A stretch of 64,000 nt of DNA from Escherichia phage EK010. How positions within the stretch are numbered: the stretch's first letter is position 1; the number at the start of each line of letters is the position of its first letter. The position numbers were made by a program, and so were the translations under genes. Below, in pieces: positions 35,301 through 43,521 of this stretch. Location: the sequence record NC_070981.1; one strand, given 5' to 3'. A model generated the notes under the pieces. That model did not search any database. It had not been told where the DNA came from and worked only from the letters and a program-made list of their open reading frames with translations.

Positions 35301-36822
35301 AAGCATCTTGGATAGGGTTAAAACCTTCAGGCATACCTTTTAGTTTCTTTAATCCACCAATGGCCTTCTTCATTTCTGGAGAAACATTTTCAGAGAGCTT
35401 CTGCAACTGAGTAGCTTTATCAATGAAGTTGTTTAGGTCTTCACCATCACGAGCTTTGAAACGATTAGCTTCACTGTAAAAAGTTTTATAAGCATCAATA
35501 AAATCACGATCAGCTTGAGTACGGTTTTTAATGTCAATAGCACTACCAGTAAAATCACCACTTGCTCTCAGAGCTACTAACTCTCGGTCTAGATTGTCTA
35601 GAACATCAGTAAGAGCTTTGGTGTTATCTTTAGTGTAGTCAGCCATTGCATCTTTCATTGCCACAGCTTGTTTCTGGTTGTACTCATTGTCAGCAAAAGC
35701 TTTACCTTGAGTCTTCTTAGGAGAAGCTAAAGGATTAAGACCGGGAACGTTAGAACTATCTTTCTGAACCGTAGCAGCCTTCTCTGCACGACTTTGATCT
35801 GTATTTAATATACGTTGAACAGCAGGAGAGTCCATAGCAACTGCATCTGTGATTCGGAAACCATTTTCATCCAGAAGGTTTAAAGCAGAGGCAGCATTAG
35901 CATTCTCAGCTTTAGCATAGGCTTCACGAAGTTCATCAGCGTTAGCAGCTTTACGAATAGCCTCATCTTCAGCAGCAATGTCAGTCTTAACATGCTCAGG
36001 AGTACGATCAAACACTTGAGGACTAGGACGACTTATTAACCCATGAACCCCACCAATCGCCCCACCATAAGCGGCACCGAGTGCACCTTCTTCAATAGCC
36101 CCTTCTAAGACATTAGCTAGAGTAGTGTCATCCCCATATTTGTTCTGAGCTTCAGCAGCACCAACAATAGCACCACCCTTAGCACCAGCAACTGCGTTAG
36201 AGGCTACGCTTTGTCCTACACGACCAAGAGTAGTAGAAGCTGTACCAGTCATGCCCGGAAGTATCTTCTGAGCAGCGTAGTTAGCACCACCAACAAGAGC
36301 AGCATCTAAGACTGACTTATCTTCATCTTCTTTAGGAGTTTGATCAGCATAAGCACGACCTGTTTCACGAGCTGCAATCACAGCAGCAGCAACAGCAGGG
36401 TTTGCAACTGTCAAACCAATATCAGCAGCAACACCAGCATACTGACCAGCTGTTTTACCAAAACCATCTTCTATCTTGGATAAGCGTTCTTCCAGCAATT
36501 GCTTAGAGTTCTCTTGAATGCGCTTACCGTAGCTTGTTTCCGAACCAGTTAGATTTTCACCAATCTCTACCAGCCCACCTAAACCTTTAGCAGCACTAGC
36601 TGCAATGTTAGCACCACCTGATTGAAGAGCGTTAGACACACCTTGAGCAAACTCCCCAATAGCACCTCGTTCTTCTTGTTGTGGTTGCTCTTGTGGTTGA
36701 GTCTCAGGAATAGTGCCCCCTGCTGCCTTGTATTGTTCTCTCATTTGAGCCTGTTGCTCTGGAGAGGCATTCAGATACGCAGGAGCTTTGGAAGCTTCTT
36801 CCCACGATTTTAAATTAGCCAT
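32377..36822 (-). CDS. large coiled-coil virion protein (1481 aa; candidate internal core/ejection protein)
   Basis: Ala/Glu/Lys/Arg-rich coiled-coil sequence; last gene of late operon; AAGGAG RBS; TAATGTATA 36 nt upstream. Confidence 0.5.
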   Translation of the reverse strand: MANLKSWEEASKAPAYLNASPEQQAQMREQYKAAGGTIPETQPQEQPQQEERGAIGEFAQGVSNALQSGGANIAASAAKGLGGLVEIGENLTGSETSYGKRIQENSKQLLEERLSKIEDGFGKTAGQYAGVAADIGLTVANPAVAAAVIAARETGRAYADQTPKEDEDKSVLDAALVGGANYAAQKILPGMTGTASTTLGRVGQSVASNAVAGAKGGAIVGAAEAQNKYGDDTTLANVLEGAIEEGALGAAYGGAIGGVHGLISRPSPQVFDRTPEHVKTDIAAEDEAIRKAANADELREAYAKAENANAASALNLLDENGFRITDAVAMDSPAVQRILNTDQSRAEKAATVQKDSSNVPGLNPLASPKKTQGKAFADNEYNQKQAVAMKDAMADYTKDNTKALTDVLDNLDRELVALRASGDFTGSAIDIKNRTQADRDFIDAYKTFYSEANRFKARDGEDLNNFIDKATQLQKLSENVSPEMKKAIGGLKKLKGMPEGFNPIQDAFTLNNTAKFMSNQDRGWTSLTDDGFREAPAPVLVKNPLGAAKYVLNRFTSDRARAQREKQQSANSEAIRSLARADLEVQRARTQAEEARAKMEEEPTTEDIKFRTQNDAPSEPVREEPSATTVTEEIPSSPAPTETPLTARDLVAQRRALQQAELRRQEAEAAQAQESATPEPEPQQEALTARELVAQRRAVAEAKKRQEAEEAERAKEAPEKTVEEPQEKPEPLPARAPKAPEKALEPVKPSLGVERLASMSTAARQATKDRADRFARSLYSAAAKAKATAENFLSYKGDPKELMRRIRQEDQANNTQRHEEMARNQLASQQGIASAKSQHVRSSFADWVKERGLPSDIATKALRAEEKGLGGNVTSLDSLKRRAERLYQKQRDDEFDRLYREALEENKAFDKKDAPKLVDQKKELQDEIGTLLDAEPLRPAQKDAMRRIMEDFVESKFKSSEKAGRVEALEVGQMKDVWDGFINTYNREVNMFNKANKNSQYEAAAKHLQARQERLETLRNRAKARNDAKAAMEAEKQSLEAIAAQKSEMEKMFKELPESVREAQEGRTLKQLAAHHDKNSPVPPERFRSIIERIHNAESDYLDRKRRLTEAEEDAREAKWNRMYEQAEEMNRRFDIDSRVKRDKALKEAQERENDLMAVQRQRDDIHKRLVNTLEEKGVSREDAEAYAGSYMDNRYALLEKPMTPVEHQNARARIESDVEKFVKKYETATPIEREIAKATGDADGKASDLDAETAKAIEDARKVDSDFKKLLDEEKEMEKIRSALPEDERSQANSDILESIKKQEDDFANKAEKAFIEGKDLQELASVAEVLDRVHGADKAGNNRRFVRALQTAAENKKRYGDNPVAWFSADDYSAIAKLGAASAGGNKSRALEKIFGSTAEQAKGKLLGRDDVAKIRRVIEANPNAKIPSYKTTTRQEYLQFLEKYNDEGELKVKRGSLSDKLERSKRQAKLRVRVRAKE

Positions 36823-36858
36823 AACGTCTCCTTATAAATAAAAATGTCCTACCTCCTA

Positions 36859-36867
36859 TATACATTA
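36859..36867 (-). promoter_or_regulatory. promoter-like motif TAATGTATA
   Basis: Intergenic, 36 nt upstream of ATG 36822 of the 1481-aa gene. Confidence 0.45.
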
Positions 36868-36892
36868 TAAGAGATAGGACTTAGGTCTTAGA

Positions 36893-38560
36893 TTACTGTA
36901 ACATCCAACTCGTGTCCGCTGGAGCAGAAGAAAGAGCGCCTGTTAATCGAGGATTTGTAGCATCTCCACCAACAGCTGCTTCAGCTTCACTCTCAAACGT
37001 ACCGAATGGGTCATAGAAACCAGCAGAAGGAATAGCACGGTTGACAAGAGCTGTCGCTCGTTTCTTATCCATACCAGAACCGATATATGCCTCAATTGTT
37101 GCTTTCTTAGCATCCTTCACACCTTTCTCAGCAGAAGTAGCACCAACAGTTGCCTGCTTACGAGCATATGACAGAGCAGCATCAGAAGGACGATAACCTG
37201 CTTTAAGGGACCATGTATTACCCAACTTAACAAAGATGGACGGGTCTTCTGCAAAGTGGGCTAAGTCATCAGCTTGGAGAGAACGGTTAGCACCGATTTC
37301 TGCCCTTGCGGAGTTCATGATAGCCTGCATGTAAGCAGAACGAGCAGTTTGGTAATCCTTATCCTTAACAGCTTTGTCTGCTAAATCCAAGTCCTTATGA
37401 GACTGGTTGAACAGACCTGCTTTCTCTGCCCACTGCTTAGCAACTGTACCTTCTGCTGTGTTCTGAGCAAGACGAACTTCTTTCGGATTGAAAGTAAAGC
37501 TCTGAGCAGCTTTCTCTGCACGATCTGCTTTAACTTGATCACGATATCCAATAAGTTCTTTCTGTTTCTCGAACTGAGCATTAGCACGTTCTTCAGCAGC
37601 ACGACGAGTTTCAGCAGCACGTTCCCGCATCGAATTCTCTTGAATCTGTTGACGTCTATCCCACTCACGATTGGCACGTTCTTCATCCTGAGCAGCAAGA
37701 GCCATTTTCTCCTGAGGACTCATCTGACGCATCTTGAGAAGAGAAGGATCTCCCGAAGCAATTGCAGCAGCAACTGAATCTTGAGAGTAGCCTTGTTCTA
37801 ACAGAGCATCACGGTTGGCTTCTAGTTGTTGTTTAGTTTCATCCTGAGCAGCTAAGCCAGAACCAATCTGGAAAGCTTCAATAGGGGATTTACCTGACAT
37901 GATAGAAAGACCAACACCCATTAAGCCAGTATAGAAACTAGACTTCTGGTAGAATGGTTGCTTCTGAAGCTCATTCCAAGCTTGTGCTGGATCTTTAGCT
38001 TTAGCTACTTCCATAATATCATTATTAATACGTTCTTGGTCTTTAGCACGAGTTGCACCAGCCATACCTTCAGGAGCTGGATTACTATTAGCTAGAGTGT
38101 TAATAACATTCTGAGCCTGTTCCACTTGAACTGGAGAGAACTCTTTATCTGTTTCTTCCAAAGGTTTACGAGGAGGAGTAACAGGAAGTGGGTCACTAGG
38201 CATCAATCCAGCAGCTTGTAGACCTTCATCAGAGGATAGATCTGGGTTATTTATAGCAGGAGCTGGTTCGCCAATATCAATACCCTGAAGGCTTGTAGGA
38301 GTCCCTTGATTCTCTGCTTCCATAAGGCGCTGTCTAAATCCCGGATTTAACATAGCTTCTTGGTCCTCTTGAGCAGTAGCAACAAGAGAGGATAAACCTA
38401 CAGGAGAAGCAGGAGGTCTCCGGTTATACATAGAAACATCAGCAGCTGGGTAAGTAGGTCTTGCCATGTATGGAGAGGCCGAAGCGGCCCCTTGTTTAAC
38501 ACCATAGATCTGATTTCTTGGGTCTTGACTGCGAAGATACGCATAAGAAGTTTGTTGCAT
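36893..38560 (-). CDS. virion protein (555 aa)
   Basis: ATG ORF with AGGAG RBS within structural module. Confidence 0.5.
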   Translation of the reverse strand: MQQTSYAYLRSQDPRNQIYGVKQGAASASPYMARPTYPAADVSMYNRRPPASPVGLSSLVATAQEDQEAMLNPGFRQRLMEAENQGTPTSLQGIDIGEPAPAINNPDLSSDEGLQAAGLMPSDPLPVTPPRKPLEETDKEFSPVQVEQAQNVINTLANSNPAPEGMAGATRAKDQERINNDIMEVAKAKDPAQAWNELQKQPFYQKSSFYTGLMGVGLSIMSGKSPIEAFQIGSGLAAQDETKQQLEANRDALLEQGYSQDSVAAAIASGDPSLLKMRQMSPQEKMALAAQDEERANREWDRRQQIQENSMRERAAETRRAAEERANAQFEKQKELIGYRDQVKADRAEKAAQSFTFNPKEVRLAQNTAEGTVAKQWAEKAGLFNQSHKDLDLADKAVKDKDYQTARSAYMQAIMNSARAEIGANRSLQADDLAHFAEDPSIFVKLGNTWSLKAGYRPSDAALSYARKQATVGATSAEKGVKDAKKATIEAYIGSGMDKKRATALVNRAIPSAGFYDPFGTFESEAEAAVGGDATNPRLTGALSSAPADTSWMLQ

Positions 38561-38574
38561 AATTATTCTCCTAA

Positions 38575-39543
38575 TTAAGAGCTAGCTAAGCCACCGATAA
38601 CACCGCCAGCTAAAGCGCCCCAAGGGCCAAAAGCTGAACCAGCAGCAGCACCACTCGCAGCACCACCTAGGAAGCCTCCACTACCACCAGATGTTTTAGT
38701 AGTTGTGGTTGTCCCTAAAGCTCCATTAAGAACCCCGGCAGCACCTAGTTGATTGTTAATATCCTGCCAACCCCAATTAGCAGCATTCTGAGCATTCTCA
38801 TAAGCATTGTTCAAATCAGACTGCTGTTGTTGCTGCTGTTGCAGTCCTGCATTCCACTGATTCATCATTTGCTGTTGTGATAGCTGACCAGCTTGGTTTC
38901 CTAGATTAGCAAGGTTGGAGCCAATGTTAGATAAACCACCCAAAGCAGATGCTTGTGTTTGTCTATTACCAGAAAGAATGTTCTGTGCTTGAGTTAGAGC
39001 GGAGTCATAAGCACTATTAGTAATATTAGTTGCTGTGTTCTGCATCTGGTTCAGAGCATCACCCTGAGCAAAAGATTTAGCCATACGTGCACCAGAACCT
39101 TGCTGACCAGCAAACTGCTGAGAGATTTGAGGAAGTGCATTCCTAGCCAAACTCTGTTGGGTTTGTTCATTATTCGCTGCAATAGCTGCTTGCACAGCCT
39201 CGTCGTCATAGAGCTGGCCTGCAAGAGCACCAATCTGTTCTCCAGTGATTTGACCAGAGTTTGAAAGGTTATTGTATCCAGAGTATGCATTATCTAGATA
39301 ACCTAAGCCAGATTGAGCAGCATCCATATACTGAGAAGAAAGTGCACCTAATGCACCAGATTGTGATAGATTGTTCAGAGCCTCTTGCTGGTTTTGATTA
39401 AGTCCAACATTTTCTCGATACACATAATCGCCTGAACTAGTGTTATTAACCTGATTGACCAACTGATCAATATAGGATTGAATGTAGTCAGGTCTTGTCA
39501 TTTTAGAAGTAGTCTTGCTACTCCCACCACCAAATAAAGCCAT
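38575..39543 (-). CDS. Gln/Asn/Gly-rich low-complexity virion protein, paralog 2
   Basis: N-terminal 'MALFGGG', Q/N-rich body, Gly-rich hydrophobic C-terminus; paralog of upstream gene. Confidence 0.5.
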   Translation of the reverse strand: MALFGGGSSKTTSKMTRPDYIQSYIDQLVNQVNNTSSGDYVYRENVGLNQNQQEALNNLSQSGALGALSSQYMDAAQSGLGYLDNAYSGYNNLSNSGQITGEQIGALAGQLYDDEAVQAAIAANNEQTQQSLARNALPQISQQFAGQQGSGARMAKSFAQGDALNQMQNTATNITNSAYDSALTQAQNILSGNRQTQASALGGLSNIGSNLANLGNQAGQLSQQQMMNQWNAGLQQQQQQQSDLNNAYENAQNAANWGWQDINNQLGAAGVLNGALGTTTTTKTSGGSGGFLGGAASGAAAGSAFGPWGALAGGVIGGLASS

Positions 39544-39552
39544 AGCTCCTCC

Positions 39553-40605
39553 TTAATTTGCTCCAAAGGCTCCTAGAACACCACCTAAGATATTACTCCC
39601 TGCGGTAGATAACCAGTTGCTCTGACTATTCTGTTGAGACAGGTTTGAGCCACCAATCATAGGACCAGCCATCCCAGCTTGACCTCCAGAAGCATTGTAC
39701 GAATTCCAAGCATTAGTAGTTTGCTGGTTAGGGGTAAAAGCACCTAGACGACCAGCAATACCAAGACCAGTAATCCCAGCACCAAGGATTTGTTGTGAAG
39801 TATTAGGGGCAGCACCTTTATTAGTAATAGTGTACCCAGCCATTGGACTTACTGAGTTTAATACATTAAGCTGATTGTTAAGCCGATTCCAACCATACTG
39901 CTGACTGCCAATAGTATTCTCCCAATTGTTGTTAGCTTGGAGTTGATCTTGCTGCTGTTGAAGGTTTCCAGCAGTGAGCTGATTCTGTATTGCTTGTTGA
40001 CCAGCTTGTACTCCAGCAGCACCTAGATTCAAGTTCTGACCTGCTAGACCAGATTGAGCATTTAGCAAACCTTGCTGATAAGAGCTGTTATTCAGAAGAT
40101 TACTAACACCCATATTTTTACCCTGAATAGAGCGAGAGAGGTTAGTATTCGCTGAAGAAAGAGCAGCACCTTGGGCAGCAGCACGTCTCAGAGAACCTGA
40201 GTCAGATCCATTGCCAAGGGATACATTAGCAGCAGCTTTACCTGTAGACTTAGCTAGTGCAGAATTATTCAATCCAGAACTAAAGTTATTAACATCCTGA
40301 GCAGAGATACCACCTTTATTAACTAGGTTTTGGTATTTCTGAGCCAACTCATTCATCTGGTCTAGCCCTTGTTGAGTTCGAGGAGTATACATCTGACTAA
40401 ATTGGTTAAGTGTATTAGAGTTTGCTAAATTAGAAAGAGCTGCCGTTTGGCCTTCATTGAAGCCCGCTATATTACGACTGATGAACCCTTGGTCATTTTG
40501 ATTCATAGCTTGGGCATTGGCTACAATCTGTTTCAGAAGAGCATCAACCTGAGAAGACGGAGCTACCGTAGTCTTAGATTTAGGAGCAGAACCGAAAAGA
40601 GACAT
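39553..40605 (-). CDS. Gln/Asn/Gly-rich low-complexity virion protein, paralog 1
   Basis: N-terminal 'MSLFGSA', similar composition. Confidence 0.5.
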   Translation of the reverse strand: MSLFGSAPKSKTTVAPSSQVDALLKQIVANAQAMNQNDQGFISRNIAGFNEGQTAALSNLANSNTLNQFSQMYTPRTQQGLDQMNELAQKYQNLVNKGGISAQDVNNFSSGLNNSALAKSTGKAAANVSLGNGSDSGSLRRAAAQGAALSSANTNLSRSIQGKNMGVSNLLNNSSYQQGLLNAQSGLAGQNLNLGAAGVQAGQQAIQNQLTAGNLQQQQDQLQANNNWENTIGSQQYGWNRLNNQLNVLNSVSPMAGYTITNKGAAPNTSQQILGAGITGLGIAGRLGAFTPNQQTTNAWNSYNASGGQAGMAGPMIGGSNLSQQNSQSNWLSTAGSNILGGVLGAFGAN

Positions 40606-40614
40606 ATGTCCTCC

Positions 40615-41412
40615 TTATCTGTAAATGTCAGTGCCTATGCTAGACAGACGTCTAAGCACGGCTTGTGTTTGTGGACTATATCGAGAACCTGCCTGAGTGG
40701 GAGCATGTGCTCTTTGCACAGTTTGAGAGTTAGGTTGCTTTCCTGCAAGCATAGAGGCAGCTGCCAATACAGCATTACCAAAATTCTGTTGAGGTTTTTG
40801 ATCCTCTCCGGAAGATTGTTCGTCAGAGTAAAACTCTACAGGACTACCACCTAAAGCTCCAGCCTTACTTGCAGCTATCTCTGCCTGAGTTGGAGCATTA
40901 GCAGCTCCTTCTTTAGTAAGTGTGTTAGAGCCGAATTGGTCTACAGGTTGTGCTGCTTTCAAAGCACCGACAGGGTTAGCCACTTGAGATGCTGCTGTAT
41001 TCTTATCAAAGAATGGTAAGAATAACTTGTTGTTCATAGAATCTAAAGCTTGAGGAGTAAACCCACGCTTACCAGAGAACATCTGTTTTGCACCACCAGT
41101 CCCTTCTGAATATCCCACCAAAGCTTTCCTCACATCACCATCAAAAGCTTTTAGGTTGTCTCTCAAATACCTAGCACCCATATCAATATTCTTTGCAGGG
41201 TCTAATCTATCTTCTAGTTTGTAACCATAATCTTTAGCCAACCCTTTACTGATTTGCATTAAACCTACTGGCCCTGTACCTGATGCAACAGAGGGTCTAC
41301 CACTAGACTCCCTCTGGATAACTGCATGGATAAGAGCAGCAGGAATGCCGTACTTCTTAGAAGCTTGCTGGACCATAGGATCTAGCTCAGACACTCCCAT
41401 TCTTATTGTCAT
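40615..41412 (-). CDS. lytic transglycosylase (SLT domain) virion protein
   Basis: 'GLMQISKGLAKDYGY' and 'RES' motif context typical of SLT domains. Confidence 0.55.
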   Translation of the reverse strand: MTIRMGVSELDPMVQQASKKYGIPAALIHAVIQRESSGRPSVASGTGPVGLMQISKGLAKDYGYKLEDRLDPAKNIDMGARYLRDNLKAFDGDVRKALVGYSEGTGGAKQMFSGKRGFTPQALDSMNNKLFLPFFDKNTAASQVANPVGALKAAQPVDQFGSNTLTKEGAANAPTQAEIAASKAGALGGSPVEFYSDEQSSGEDQKPQQNFGNAVLAAASMLAGKQPNSQTVQRAHAPTQAGSRYSPQTQAVLRRLSSIGTDIYR

Positions 41413-41424
41413 ACGTCCTCCTTG

Positions 41425-42459
41425 TTATATACTTGCAAAAATTTTAGTTGCATCTAATACAGGAACGGAGATCCCTATAGTTGAGTTAGAGCCTAGGTCG
41501 TAGGAGTTATCCCACTGGAACATATACCTCCCATACCCTGTACCAAAAGAAGAACCATTCATAGTGTGTGACCTAGCATGTTGGAAATACCAACCACTAC
41601 CATTACCTCGGATAGCACCTACACCAGAAGATAAAGGTATCATTGGGTATGAGATTCCTGTATTCCCACCACTATAAGGCATAAAATTGTGAATCATCAT
41701 TGGTGTTCTGTAAGTAGAGAATACACACTGAGAACCGTTAGGAGAATAAATGTTCAGTCCACCGTTGTGAGTAGGAACACTGCCACCATCACAGAACACT
41801 GCAACCCTAACTGTTCCGATGTTACCACCTGCGTTGTTGTTTCCGTTGTTGTAAGATCTGTTTTGATATACCCGAATAGTTCTATCACCAGCTGTGTATA
41901 GAAGACCTGCACCACTGTTTGACCAATTGGCAAATACCATGTATCTGTTAGAATCAAACCCACTAATCGCAGGTATCTGCATAGAACCGTTGATTGTGCC
42001 CTCCCAAGCATAAATACACTGACCAACCGTACCACTATCAGAGATAGAGAAGTAGTCAGCTGTGTTTGAAAAAGTAATACCGTAGTTTCTGTTAGCTCTA
42101 GGCCAAATCTGGTATACGTTAAATCCACAGTCAAACAGAGGGTTACTTCCGGGGTTCTGGTTGATGCTGACCCTGAAGGTAGAGTTATTGATTACAGAAA
42201 TTCCAGTGACACAATAAACATCAGGAATTAAGTTAGGAGGAACTTCCCATTGCCAGCACAAACTGCCAATCGGAGCAATAACAATTTGACCTGAACCGTC
42301 CCATCCCGATATAGGGAAATCTCTGCTTCCTCCATTGAAGTTGTAGTTACCACTCACTCTATTCTTGAATTGAGGGAAAGTTGAACCACTATCAATAAAA
42401 AGTTCAGAAGGAGTTGCTGGTCCCGGCCCTACTGGTTTAGTCCAAATTCCATATGCCAT
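41425..42459 (-). CDS. tail/virion structural protein (344 aa)
   Basis: Position in structural module; beta-rich Gly/Ser/Asn-rich sequence. Confidence 0.45.
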   Translation of the reverse strand: MAYGIWTKPVGPGPATPSELFIDSGSTFPQFKNRVSGNYNFNGGSRDFPISGWDGSGQIVIAPIGSLCWQWEVPPNLIPDVYCVTGISVINNSTFRVSINQNPGSNPLFDCGFNVYQIWPRANRNYGITFSNTADYFSISDSGTVGQCIYAWEGTINGSMQIPAISGFDSNRYMVFANWSNSGAGLLYTAGDRTIRVYQNRSYNNGNNNAGGNIGTVRVAVFCDGGSVPTHNGGLNIYSPNGSQCVFSTYRTPMMIHNFMPYSGGNTGISYPMIPLSSGVGAIRGNGSGWYFQHARSHTMNGSSFGTGYGRYMFQWDNSYDLGSNSTIGISVPVLDATKIFASI

Positions 42460-42460
42460 A

Positions 42461-43474
42461 TTACCATGTCCCTATTCTAATTCTTAACGTACCACTGCCG
42501 TCATAGAAATCTATACGGCTTCCATTCATCCACAACCTGTTACCACCAGAGGTTGGACCTAATTGAAAATCTCCACCAACTGTAAGTCTCCAGTTAGACC
42601 CACTCATTGCACCAGCAGTAATCTTGTTAGCTGACAAGTTTTGAATCTGAGCATTACTAACAGACACATTATCAATCTGTGCCCATTGGATTCGAGCATT
42701 TGATATCATTGCTGTCGTTATGTTGACGTTCTTGATATCAGCAAACTCCATCCTAGCTCGACCATTCTCAAAGACGAAAGGTGCATTACCTGATGTACCA
42801 TTACCGACAATAAACTTATTCGCTGTAACTTGAAACTGACTATTCGTACCATTGTTGGTAAGCTTAACTCCAGCATACTGACCGTTAACAGAAGAGTTAA
42901 CACCCCACGTAGCTTCATAGGAGGAAAGTTTCATATATTGAGACAGAGAGTTCTGAACTGTAGTAACTTTACCATCTACCGTTGCTATCTGTTGACCTTG
43001 AGCGGTAAGCTCTGTTTGAACTAAAGCAATCTCTTGACCTTGGTCATTTACAATACCTTCTACCGTTTGAATCTTAAGATTAGTCCCTTCAATAGAGGTC
43101 TTGAAGCCTGCTACCGTCCCATCTAGTTTGGTAGGAGGAACAGTTGAGTTATCCCAAATATCTTCAGTGGACAGATTACCCATTTGTGTCTGGATATCAG
43201 CAATAGCTGTTTCAATCTCTGTAGTAATTCTATTCTCAAGTTCGTCAAATTGAAGATTCATTGCATTAAGAGCTTTGATTCGAACATCAATCTCATCATG
43301 TATCTCATCAATTGCTTGGAACATTTGGTTTGTAGCGGTGCTGACTTTCTGGAGTTCATCATAAACCGCAACGTTGTATTTATCCGTATCCTCTACATTG
43401 TTGAGAAAGCCAACGTTGTAGGGAAGCGTGGTGTTGTTTCTTCCAGTATTCTTACGAAAACCTCCAGCACCCAT
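42461..43474 (-). CDS. tail fibre/spike-like protein (337 aa)
   Basis: N-terminal coiled coil then repetitive beta-type segments. Confidence 0.45.
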   Translation of the reverse strand: MGAGGFRKNTGRNNTTLPYNVGFLNNVEDTDKYNVAVYDELQKVSTATNQMFQAIDEIHDEIDVRIKALNAMNLQFDELENRITTEIETAIADIQTQMGNLSTEDIWDNSTVPPTKLDGTVAGFKTSIEGTNLKIQTVEGIVNDQGQEIALVQTELTAQGQQIATVDGKVTTVQNSLSQYMKLSSYEATWGVNSSVNGQYAGVKLTNNGTNSQFQVTANKFIVGNGTSGNAPFVFENGRARMEFADIKNVNITTAMISNARIQWAQIDNVSVSNAQIQNLSANKITAGAMSGSNWRLTVGGDFQLGPTSGGNRLWMNGSRIDFYDGSGTLRIRIGTW

Positions 43475-43499
43475 AAGTACCTCCCATTATAAACAATAA

Positions 43500-43517
43500 A
43501 AGGGGCCGAAGCCCCTT
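43500..43517 (-). terminator. rho-independent terminator (UUCG tetraloop)
   Basis: minus-strand AAGGGGC-UUCG-GCCCCUU followed by U-rich tract. Confidence 0.55.
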
Positions 43518-43521
43518 GTCG

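Noticed and set aside
32377-36822. Possibility that the 1481-aa protein is a virion RNA polymerase (N4-like)
   Set aside because: Sequence is Ala/Glu/Lys/Arg-rich coiled coil with no recognisable polymerase motifs and is far shorter than N4-type virion RNAPs.
43486-43491. TATAAT hexamer on the minus strand upstream of gene 42461-43474
   Set aside because: It directly abuts the RBS, leaving no room for a transcript 5' end upstream of it; no -35 partner seen.
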